From Guillardia theta CCMP2712 (lineage: Eukaryota > Protista > Cryptophyta), in the NCBI RefSeq assembly GCF_000315625.1, contig NW_005434634.1:396531-460530 (forward strand): a stretch of 64,000 nucleotides of DNA, in the 5' to 3' direction. A program made the position numbers and the translations under genes. Of this stretch, positions 49,101 to 61,100 are shown piece after piece (position 1 is the stretch's first letter; every line of letters begins with the position of its first letter). The notes beneath the pieces are model-generated. The model was not told the DNA's origin. It was given only the letters and a program-made list of their open reading frames with translations, and searched no databases.

Positions 49101-52100
49101 AGTATCCGCGCCAGCACAGGCTATCTCGTTTGACTGTGTACCTTGAAGAGAGTCAAAGCGGGAGTCAGTTGTGTGCGACAACGCTAGGGTATTTTGCAAA
49201 GCCTGAAATACTTCATGCGAGCACTATCCGCAATATCCTTACTGGAAACTCGTTTGAAGTGCATATTGCTGGCAGTAATTTTGAACGCACAGCCAAATGC
49301 ATGTTTTCATATGATGGACAACAGCTGACAGCGAGTGTGCTCTTTTCTTCTTCTTCTCTGGTAAGATGTGTCCTCAATGAGAAATACTTAATGAAAAGTG
49401 GTAGCAATCTGCTATTCTTGAGTAATGACGGAATCGATTACATACAAGTAGGTTCAGACTGGGCAGAATGTGCACCAGAGCCTGTCCCGCTGCATTTTCA
49501 TCCAAGTTTTGGTCAAGCACTTGGAGGCACAAGAGTAACATTTTCTGGCAGTAGGATATCTCGAATAGCTCGATGCCTGATAGAGTTCAGGTGTAGATTC
49601 GGAAATAAGGATGCGATGGAAAGCAAGATACTCTCTTCTTCTAGGCTGATGTGCTTGAGTCCACCCCAGGTCGAAGGAAATGTGACTCTCCGTCTGATGG
49701 CACAAGGGATGCAATTGAACAACAATGCCATGCTTTTCGAGTATCAGAAGGTCTTCAACCTATACAGCTTCACGCCTCAGTCATTCTTGGCGGGATACGA
49801 GGTGAATGTGACCATCATTGGGTCTGCATTCATGAGATACTCTGAGTACCAATGCGTTTTAGGAAAACATGAGGTTCGTGCCGCATGGCTGTCCTCATCA
49901 TGTTTGGTATGTAAGTCAGGGATCCACCGAGAGGCATCATGGATCGCCTTGAGCATCTGCACGGGCAACATTTCACAATCTTGCGTCGTCATGAAGCACA
50001 AAGCTCGCGTTTCCCCCAGGCCTGAAGTACAGAGCATCAAACCATCCAATGGGCCATCGCTCGGTGGGACGAGATTGACGATCTTTGGAAAATACCTTGA
50101 TTTGATCAATGCCAAGTGCACTTTTGGATTTGCAGGTACAACTCCAGCAAGAGCAGAGACTTCGTCGCTTGCTACCTGTATCACCCCTTGTACAGATCCG
50201 GGGATCGAAAGCTTTGGGTATGGGTTTGAGCTATGGGAGTACTTAGGTCCCTTGACGTATACATTCATCAGCGAAACTACAATTCTTAGTGCAAGCCCAA
50301 CTTATGCAGTCTTATGCAAGAATGAAGCGATCACGGTGCATGGATTCAACTTCGACGCAAAAACAAGCTCGTGTTACATGAATGATATGAGGACAACACT
50401 ACGACTTCTGGACCAGTACACTGCTATTTGTACTTTGCCTTGTCTGGAAGAATTTCTGGGTAGAATAGTACTGAGGGTCTGTGCACAAGGATACAATTGT
50501 TCAAGCTCTTTCGTGAATCTTCAAACCCAACTCAGCAGCTCCCCGATAGCTATCTCACCGACAAGATCTCCACTCCAAGGAGGTATTCGTATTAGACTAG
50601 ATGGAGATTTCAACAAAGACAAGTATAGCATAAATGTCAGTTTAGGGCAGTTTTCGGTATCAGTCACGAAGAACAGATCTAGCAATGGATTGTATGAGTT
50701 CTTCTCACCGCCTCAGAGTGTCACAGGCGTCTTCAACTTTTCTGTGAGGATACCTGGATCTGCTTTCGAGATTGGTTCCTTTGCACTTGAGTACTACTCC
50801 TATGCAGAAGTCACTAGGTTGATACCGTCCTGTAGCTGGCTCCGGGATAGTTTCAAGCTAACCTTGGTTGGTTCAAACTTTTTAGATCAAACTCATTGCC
50901 AAGTTGGAGATTTCAGCATTTCTGGTACTTCTTTCATTTCCTCTAGCCTGATCATATGTCCGGTTGCAGCATTTCATAGTTTCAAACCGTATGCTGAAGT
51001 GGAAGTGAAGCTTCTAAATGATGGGATCTCGAGTTGTTGCTATGCTAATCATTCAATATTCTACTACAAGCAACAATGCCTCATTTTGCGGGTCCATCCT
51101 GCCGTTGGCGGTCTACTTGGAGGCCAGTCGGTGCAGCTTACCTTGAGCACAGAACTTGACGTCGAGGGCTCAGTGGTTTGTCAATTTGGAAAGATACAGG
51201 TTTCTGGATCTATGCTCTCATCGTCCGTTGTACTGTGCGTCAGTCCACCGTCAGAGAATGCAGCAAATGTGTCATTGAGTATAACCATCGATGGCATCAT
51301 CGTTGCAACATCGTCAGAGGAATACAAGTATGTAGATCTTGGGATCATAATCTCGGCAGACCCAAGCTGTTGCATCTCCAACGCTGGTAGGTGTATTGTT
51401 TACCAAGCAGCAGATTTGAGTAAGCCCGAGGCCGTGAGATGCTTGATTGGCAATGATACAGCTCTTCCCTTGAGCATTTCCTCAACCTCCGTAACTTGCA
51501 CAGTGCCGCCAGCTTCATCTCAAGGCACGCAGATGGGTATCATGGAAGGCACAACCATTCTGAGCGGGAATGGACTGAAATATTCCAGAAGTCTAAGTTG
51601 GGCAGTACACTTGATTCAACCAAGCAGTGGTCCTTTCGCCGGTGGTGAAACTGTCTCTGTAATTGGCCTTGGTTTTTGCAAACACGACAAATGGTTATGC
51701 CGGTTTGGCGCGAAATCGGTTGGTGCAAAGTACATGACATCAAGTTTGATGCACTGCATGTCCCCAAGTGCACCCAGCAGGTCAGAACAATGGTTCGATG
51801 GAAGCTCTGTATCCCTCGTTGTGGATTCTGAAAATATCCCGGGGGCCAAGCAGAAATTTTCATACCGCTACGTGACTGAGGTCCATGTTTCCTCCTTTTT
51901 CCCATCTAGAGTAGCATCACGGGTTGGAACTTCCATATCCATGATCGGTGTGGAATTCATGAGCACGGCGAGAATTCATGTCTTGCTCAACGGAGCTCAT
52001 GCCGTGAGCACAATTTTCATGAGTTCTACATTGCTCATGGTGAAAATACCCCCTTTGAACTGCGGCCAGTACCTTTTGGGAGTCCGATCAGAGGGGATGG

Positions 52101-55100
52101 ATTCGTTCTCCTTCTCCGGGATGCTCCACGTAGAAAACTTGAGTGCGGTCAGGCGGGTTGTACCGAGCTACAGTAGATTGGGAGGTGGACAGGCTGTAAA
52201 CATTACTGGCATTGGACTCACAGAACTGTCGAATACTTGTAAGTTTGGATCTACCACTGCCAAGTGTACGCACTTGGACAGTATGATAATGCGGTGTATT
52301 ACACCTCCTGCACAGTCCTCTGGAGGTACATTTTTAGATCTGTACATGGGAGAGAGCTTGTATGCGTCTCTTCCTTTCCTGTACTACCGGGACTGGACAA
52401 TTCAAGTAAGCAGTATCAGACCAACATCCGGTTTGCACAGTACGCAAGTCAGGATAACTTTCAGCGGGCAATTCTCCAATCTACTCGACAACGCAAGATG
52501 CCGAGTAAGAAATACTAAGATTGCAACGCCGTTGATGATTTTGTCTTCGACTGCAATGGGCTGTATCATACCAGCCCTCAGTCCTGGAAGCTATTCCCTC
52601 TACATGGAACAGGAAACGTGGAGGACGAGCGACTTTCATTACATAAGTTTGGAGGGATGGAATGTAGATCGCATCGTACCAAGTAGGGGGTTACGCGAAC
52701 AGTTGAAAACCTTTCGAGTCATAGGGGGCACATTCCGACTTGATGAAGAACTTGATTGCATTGTTGGAAACTTTGTATCGAGGGGAGAGGTACTGACGAG
52801 GTCTGAAATTTTATGTCGAGTAGAAGGTTTGCCTTGTGGAAATTACACTATAGGATTGAAGGCTGGAACTGAAGCCTTCTTTCGCACAAAGCATACACTA
52901 GAGCTATTACTTCCTGTATCGGTAACAAGCATCTGGCCTTCTTCTGGAGTTTGTGATGCCTTTTTCAATGTTTCGATTCATTTATCTGGTGACTTTCGTA
53001 CCCTCGGAAATGCCTCATGCAAGTTTGGTCGACAGTCTTTGGCAATGTTTGATCTCGAAAAGGGATACAGTTGTCAAGTGTTTCAACCATGTTCTGCTTT
53101 TCAGAAGAGATTCAATCTTGTTTCTTTTCAGTTCTGGTTAGATGGTTTCGTGAGCCATCACATGTTCTTTCGAATTCACAAAAATGATTTATCGTTTGCA
53201 TCAACGTTTGTTGCTGATGCTCCAGAACTTGGATTCAAAACATTTTGTCATAGTTTTGAGTACATTTTATACAACGAAACACTTTTGTTTACGGGAAGCT
53301 TGCCCAGTGCATTCCAATCCAGTTTATACTGTTTCTCCCGACAGCGATTTGCTCATGTCGTCCAAAAAACTAAAACGACCTTTCAATGTCAAGCTGAATG
53401 GTTGCGAGAGATGCAAGGAATTTTTATCATGTACCTATCTCATCATGAAAACAGAAGCAATTATACATGCAAAATACCAATTCATGAAATCCAGATAAAT
53501 CGATCTAATCAACAACCACAAATCTTCAGCATCAGACCGAGCCAAGGAAATCATCTATTACACACACGAGTTGAAATACATGGAAAATATTTTCACCAAA
53601 CGGACACATGTATGTTTGGAAATCTAGAGTCCTCTCAATTCAAGTACTTGTCAAGCACTCTCTTAGTCTGTCTCAGTCCTCCGTTTCCCCACATTGACCA
53701 GGATATCTTCGAGGTGTCACTAAGCCTACGGCGGGATGGCAGACAACAGCAAGGTACTTTCGCGTATCAATATTATCGCACGCCCAGTATTCAATCTGCC
53801 TTTCCCGTTGTCTCAACCATTGGCGAATCCATGATCACCGTCTATGGTGCGTCTTTTTCACCTGTTTTTGAGTACCAATGTTGCTTTGGAGCACGTGATG
53901 AAGTTTTGGCACAAGTCATCACTTCGAGCCAGGTGCTCTGTCATCATACAACGCTGAGGGATGGAAATCACAGCCTGAAAATCAAGATGAACGGTAACTT
54001 GGTGTTGTCTACATCTATGCATATTTTGGTTGAGGGACTGGTCAAAATAAGCAGTTTCACACCAACCCGCGTGCCACTTCAAGGTGGCGTGCCCCTACGA
54101 ATTGTGTTGACATCCGACCTAGTACATTCCCAAGTACAGTGCAAGATTGGGGACAGTACTTCAGCGCCCATTTTTGCTCGAGGCAACTTGATCTTGTGCC
54201 GTGTACCTCAGAGAGAACCAGGCAAATGCAAAGTAGCAATCAGCACTCCGAGCGGTCTGCTTACATCTGGGATGGACTTAGACTACCCGCACGTCTACTA
54301 CGAGATTCTTTCATATAAACCGACAACATGTTCGCCAAGCGGAGGGACAAAGATCTCTGTAAGGCTCAGTTCTATCCTAGAGGATAGGGTTTCTTGTAAA
54401 TTTGGGACGGTATCAGTGCCAGGTTTGGTGCGGCGTAACGCCAGCCTGGTAGTCTGCCATTCACCAAAGCATGACAAGGGGCCCGTGAGTTTTCAACTTG
54501 CAGGTGATCATGGGAAGAAATCTGCTTTGTATCCATTTGAATATTTGGAACCTCTCATGATTTTAGATGTTGAGCCAGCGAGGATTTCTTTGAGCAACAA
54601 AACTGTCCAGTTGACCCTGAAAGGTCGAAACTTTGGAGCAGATATGCTGCATTGTAGTATAGGAAGGACACTCCAAGTACAATGTTTTCCTCGAGACGAG
54701 CATACAGCTACCTGCGACTTGACACCAGTCTTGCCTCCCGGAGTACATGTGATAAGCTGTAGCTTGAATCAGGTAGAGTATCGTACATCAAGGCGAGCAC
54801 TTGAGGTGGTGTCATACTGTGTGATAAGCTCAGTACACCCGTCACGGGTTCTCTTGTCCTCCAGAGGCCGATTGACTATAGCTGGGTCGGGCTTTTCACC
54901 AGGAGTCAGCTGTAGATTTGGCACAGCAAATTCAGAACTTGCTGTCTATATTACATCATCACTTTTGCAATGTGAGTATCCGCGCCAGCACAGGCTATCT
55001 CGTTTGACTGTGTACCTTGAAGAGAGTCAAAGCGGGAGTCAGTTGTGTGCGACAACGCTAGGGTATTTTGCAAAGCCTGAAATACTTCATGCGAGCACTA

Positions 55101-58100
55101 TCCGCAATATCCTTACTGGAAACTCGTTTGAAGTGCATATTGCTGGCAGTAATTTTGAACGCACAGCCAAATGCATGTTTTCATATGATGGACAACAGCT
55201 GACAGCGAGTGTGCTCTTTTCTTCTTCTTCTCTGGTAAGATGTGTCCTCAATGAGAAATACTTAATGAAAAGTGGTAGCAATCTGCTATTCTTGAGTAAT
55301 GACGGAATCGATTACATACAAGTAGGTTCAGACTGGGCAGAATGTGCACCAGAGCCTGTCCCGCTGCATTTTCATCCAAGTTTTGGTCAAGCACTTGGAG
55401 GCACAAGAGTAACATTTTCTGGCAGTAGGATATCTCGAATAGCTCGATGCCTGATAGAGTTCAGGTGTAGATTCGGAAATAAGGATGCGATGGAAAGCAA
55501 GATACTCTCTTCTTCTAGGCTGATGTGCTTGAGTCCACCCCAGGTCGAAGGAAATGTGACTCTCCGTCTGATGGCACAAGGGATGCAATTGAACAACAAT
55601 GCCATGCTTTTCGAGTATCAGAAGGTCTTCAACCTATACAGCTTCACGCCTCAGTCATTCTTGGCGGGATACGAGGTGAATGTGACCATCATTGGGTCTG
55701 CATTCATGAGATACTCTGAGTACCAATGCGTTTTAGGAAAACATGAGGTTCGTGCCGCATGGCTGTCCTCATCATGTTTGGTATGTAAGTCAGGGATCCA
55801 CCGAGAGGCATCATGGATCGCCTTGAGCATCTGCACGGGCAACATTTCACAATCTTGCGTCGTCATGAAGCACAAAGCTCGCGTTTCCCCCAGGCCTGAA
55901 GTACAGAGCATCAAACCATCCAATGGGCCATCGCTCGGTGGGACGAGATTGACGATCTTTGGAAAATACCTTGATTTGATCAATGCCAAGTGCACTTTTG
56001 GATTTGCAGGTACAACTCCAGCAAGAGCAGAGACTTCGTCGCTTGCTACCTGTATCACCCCTTGTACAGATCCGGGGATCGAAAGCTTTGGGTATGGGTT
56101 TGAGCTATGGGAGTACTTAGGTCCCTTGACGTATACATTCATCAGCGAAACTACAATTCTTAGTGCAAGCCCAACTTATGCAGTCTTATGCAAGAATGAA
56201 GCGATCACGGTGCATGGATTCAACTTCGACGCAAAAACAAGCTCGTGTTACATGAATGATATGAGGACAACACTACGACTTCTGGACCAGTACACTGCTA
56301 TTTGTACTTTGCCTTGTCTGGAAGAATTTCTGGGTAGAATAGTACTGAGGGTCTGTGCACAAGGATACAATTGTTCAAGCTCTTTCGTGAATCTTCAAAC
56401 CCAACTCAGCAGCTCCCCGATAGCTATCTCACCGACAAGATCTCCACTCCAAGGAGGTATTCGTATTAGACTAGATGGAGATTTCAACAAAGACAAGTAT
56501 AGCATAAATGTCAGTTTAGGGCAGTTTTCGGTATCAGTCACGAAGAACAGATCTAGCAATGGATTGTATGAGTTCTTCTCACCGCCTCAGAGTGTCACAG
56601 GCGTCTTCAACTTTTCTGTGAGGATACCTGGATCTGCTTTCGAGATTGGTTCCTTTGTACTTGAGTACTACTCCTATGCAGAAGTCACTAGGTTGATACC
56701 GTCCTGTAGCTGGCTCCGGGATAGTTTCAAGCTAACCTTGGTTGGTTCAAACTTTTTAGATCAAACTCATTGCCAAGTTGGAGATTTCAGCATTTCTGGT
56801 ACTTCTTTCATTTCCTCTAGCCTGATCATATGTCCGGTTGCAGCATTTCATAGTTTCAAACCGTATGCTGAAGTGGAAGTGAAGCTTCTAAATGATGGGA
56901 TCTCGAGTTGTTGCTATGCTAATCATTCAATATTCTACTACAAGCAACAATGCCTCATTTTGCGGGTCCATCCTGCCGTTGGCGGTCTACTTGGAGGCCA
57001 GTCGGTGCAGCTTACCTTGAGCACAGAACTTGACGTCGAGGGCTCAGTGGTTTGTCAATTTGGAAAGATACAGGTTTCTGGATCTATGCTCTCATCGTCC
57101 GTTGTACTGTGCGTCAGTCCACCGTCAGAGAATGCAGCAAATGTGTCATTGAGTATAACCATCGATGGCATCATCGTTGCAACATCGTCAGAGGAATACA
57201 AGTATGTAGATCTTGGGATCATAATCTCGGCAGACCCAAGCTGTTGCATCTCCAACGCTGGTAGGTGTATTGTTTACCAAGCAGCAGATTTGAGTAAGCC
57301 CGAGGCCGTGAGATGCTTGATTGGCAATGATACAGCTCTTCCCTTGAGCATTTCCTCAACCTCCGNNNNNNNNNNNNNNNNNNNNNNNNNNNNNNNNNNN
57401 NNNNNNNNNNNNNNNNNNNNNNNNNNNNNNNNNNNNNNNNNNNNNNNNNNNNNNNNNNNNNNNNNNNNNNNNNNNNNNNNNNNNNNNNNNNNNNNNNNNN
57501 NNNNNNNNNNNNNNNNNNNNNNNNNNNNNNNNNNNNNNNNNNNNNNNNNNNNNNNNNNNNNNNNNNNNNNNNNNNNNNNNNNNNNNNNNNNNNNNNNNNN
57601 NNNNNNNNNNNNNNNNNNNNNNNNNNNNNNNNNNNNNNNNNNNNNNNNNNNNNNNNNNNNNNNNNNNNNNNNNNNNNNNNNNNNNNNNNNNNNNNNNNNN
57701 NNNNNNNNNNNNNNNNNNNNNNNNNNNNNNNNNNNNNNNNNNNNNNNNNNNNNNNNNNNNNNNNNNNNNNNNNNNNNNNNNNNNNNNNNNNNNNNNNNNN
57801 NNNNNNNNNNNNNNNNNNNNNNNNNNNNNNNNNNNNNNNNNNNNNNNNNNNNNNNNNNNNNNNNNNNNNNNNNNNNNNNNNNNNNNNNNNNNNNNNNNNN
57901 NNNNNNNNNNNNNNNNNNNNNNNNNNNNNNNNNNNNNNNNNNNNNNNNNNNNNNNNNNNNNNNNNNNNNNNNNNNNNNNNNNNNNNNNNNNNNNNNNNNN
58001 NNNNNNNNNNNNNNNNNNNNNNNNNNNNNNNNNNNNNNNNNNNNNNNNNNNNCGATCAGAGGGGATGGATTCGTTCTCCTTCTCCGGGATGCTCCACGTA

Positions 58101-61100
58101 GAAAACTTGAGTGCGGTCAGGCGGGTTGTACCGAGCTACAGTAGATTGGGAGGTGGACAGGCTGTAAACATTACTGGCATTGGACTCACAGAACTGTCGA
58201 ATACTTGTAAGTTTGGATCTACCACTGCCAAGTGTACGCACTTGGACAGTATGATAATGCGGTGTATTACACCTCCTGCACAGTCCTCTGGAGGTACATT
58301 TTTAGATCTGTACATGGGAGAGAGCTTGTATGCGTCTCTTCCTTTCCTGTACTACCGGGACTGGACAATTCAAGTAAGCAGTATCAGACCAACATCCGGT
58401 TTGCACAGTACGCAAGTCAGGATAACTTTCAGCGGGCAATTCTCCAATCTACTCGACAACGCAAGATGCCGAGTAAGAAATACTAAGATTGCAACGCCGT
58501 TGATGATTTTGTCTTCGACTGCAATGGGCTGTATCATACCAGCCCTCAGTCCTGGAAGCTATTCCCTCTACATGGAACAGGAAACGTGGAGGACGAGCGA
58601 CTTTCATTACATAAGTTTGGAGGGATGGAATGTAGATCGCATCGTACCAAGTAGGGGGTTACGCGAACAGTTGAAAACCTTTCGAGTCATAGGGGGCACA
58701 TTCCGACTTGATGAAGAACTTGATTGCATTGTTGGAAACTTTGTATCGAGGGGAGAGGTACTGACGAGGTCTGAAATTTTATGTCGAGTAGAAGGTTTGC
58801 CTTGTGGAAATTACACTATAGGATTGAAGGCTGGAACTGAAGCCTTCTTTCGCACAAAGCATACACTAGAGCTATTACTTCCTGTATCGGTAACAAGCAT
58901 CTGGCCCACGTATGGTGCAATGAATTCAAATACCTCAGTGACGGTCCACGGCCTTCGATTTGACAGTCACATGCGGGTATACTTCCACAGACATCCTCTT
59001 TCTTATTCGATTTTGAATTCGACAACATTGATCGTAGATTTCCTCAGTTCCATTCAATATCAATCAGATTACACTTCAGGTTGTGTTGACGCAAATTTTA
59101 CTAATCACACCATTCCTTGCAAAATCACATTCTGGTATCATTCGCATCTTGTGAAAGGAATTTCATTTAGGTTTTCAGCAAAACCCGATTCGAAGTCAGA
59201 CTTTTTGTATGATCCCTTTGCTCAAAACGAGATGTCAAATACAGCAGTTTTTCTTGGACCAACCAAAGGATCCGTGCGGGGTGGAACCAAAGTATTTTTC
59301 AGATTTGTCAATGTTACAGGATCCTTCAAAACTCGATACTGCAAATTTGATTCTGCATTGGAAAAACTTCAATACGCATTTGATCAGTATTATTGCTCAT
59401 CGCCAGCGAACCGGAAAGGACTTGCTAACCTCTCGCTGGGTTGGGATGATTCATATACGGATGATATTAGTGGGGTGCCTTTCCAGTACATTCCTGAAGC
59501 CGTGCTACTCTCGGTTCTCCCTACACAAATCTTCAGCGGGTCCACCGCTGTTTTGACCATACTGGGAGAGTCATTTGATGAGGATGCTCATGTGCGGGTA
59601 GGCGACCGCGCTTGTTTTGGACTGTCTTTCATTTCGTCTACCATCCTGTCTTGCATCATTCCAGCACAGACGCTGGAAGGCTTGCTGCAGGTGTGGGTAT
59701 CCAACACAGGNNNNNNNNNNNNNNNNNNNNNNNNNNNNNNNNNNNNNNNNNNNNNNNNNNNNNNNNNNNNNNNNNNNNNNNNNNNNNNNNNNNNNNNNNN
59801 NNNNNNNNNNCAACCGTCCTCGGTTGATGTCGGAGGTCAACTGGTCACGCTAGTCGGCAAGGGCTTTAGTCGTGACAGGGAGTACGAGTGCGACTTTGGT
59901 AAAGAAGAACGAGTTGGTTGCCAAGGAATCTCGTTAACGGCGGTTGAGTGCAGAGCACCAGCTCACAGGCCTGGGAACGTGAGTCTCAGGCTATGGCACG
60001 GGAACGGTCAGTTCTTAGTCTTGTCCCCGCTGCTTTCGTACCATTCACCGATTCGAGTGGACAGTATCACTCCGAGTTTTGGACCGAGCCGGGGTGGAAG
60101 TCGAGTGACAGTGAATGGTGCTGGCTTTTCTGTTTCAAAGAACTTATTTTGTAGGTTCGGATTTGATGCATCATCGAGTGAAGTAGTAAGCAGTTCTTTG
60201 TTGATCTGCATTACACCGGAGAAACGTCCTAGCCATGATATCATCACTGTTGCGTCCCAAAATGGAACCATTTTGCCTTCATTTGTTTATCACTTTCAAG
60301 ATCCAATCAAAATCCTTGGCATCTGGCCTAGCTTTGGATCAGTACTCGGAGGTACAGTGGTGATATTGAAGGGTGAAGGCATATCGAGACTTAGCCATTG
60401 TCGTTTCGGACATAACAGCTCGCAGACATCTGCGGTGTACACGTCTAGTTCAATCATGCATTGTACCAGTACAACTCATACCACACAAGAAGTAGTGCCT
60501 TTGACAATATCTACAAGCCACGGTGAAGAAAGGCACGTCATGGACTTTGAATACATCGTGCCTTTGAATGTTCTTGAGGTCAGACCGAGAATGGTCTATC
60601 ATGGCTGTGGCATGCAATCTTTGACTGTAATTGGAAGCAACTTGAAGAGGACGGAAGATATGGGATGCCGGTAGGTTCAAAGTACGTAAAGGGGATTTAC
60701 ATGACTTCAACTTCAATGCGATGTAATGTTATATTTGAGCGGCATGGCAAGGCACATCTCAGCGTCACATTGAATGGCGCCGATTATGTTCGGTGCCCTC
60801 AGGCAATAGAGGTACAAGAGGCGATGGAGGTTATGGAAGTCCTGCCTCGCGAAGTGGAGTATGTTGCAGGGACGTTGGTGACCATCGTTGGTACCAACTT
60901 CAATGATAAACTCACATACGAGTGTTTCATTGAACCACGGACTAGCATGAAGGCTAGAGTGATCAATGAAACAGCATTGATTTGTCCACTTTCAATCATT
61001 GACAATCCTTTAGATGAGCTGTGTCTCGGGGTCAGAGTAATTGGACAGGAAAATTGTGCTTTTCACTTGCCATGTGCTGCCTTGTGGCAGGACGCAGAAA

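Noticed and set aside
57366-58144. Frame change and apparent stop after the large N gap
   Set aside because: Gap length (687) is an estimate. The matching stretch in copy a is about 593 nt and is open.
40493-58906. R1 and R2 direct repeats as LTRs of a retroelement (similar 5.86-5.87 kb offsets)
   Set aside because: Repeats and the DNA between them all encode in-frame IPT domains. No gag/pol, TG...CA ends or target-site duplications.
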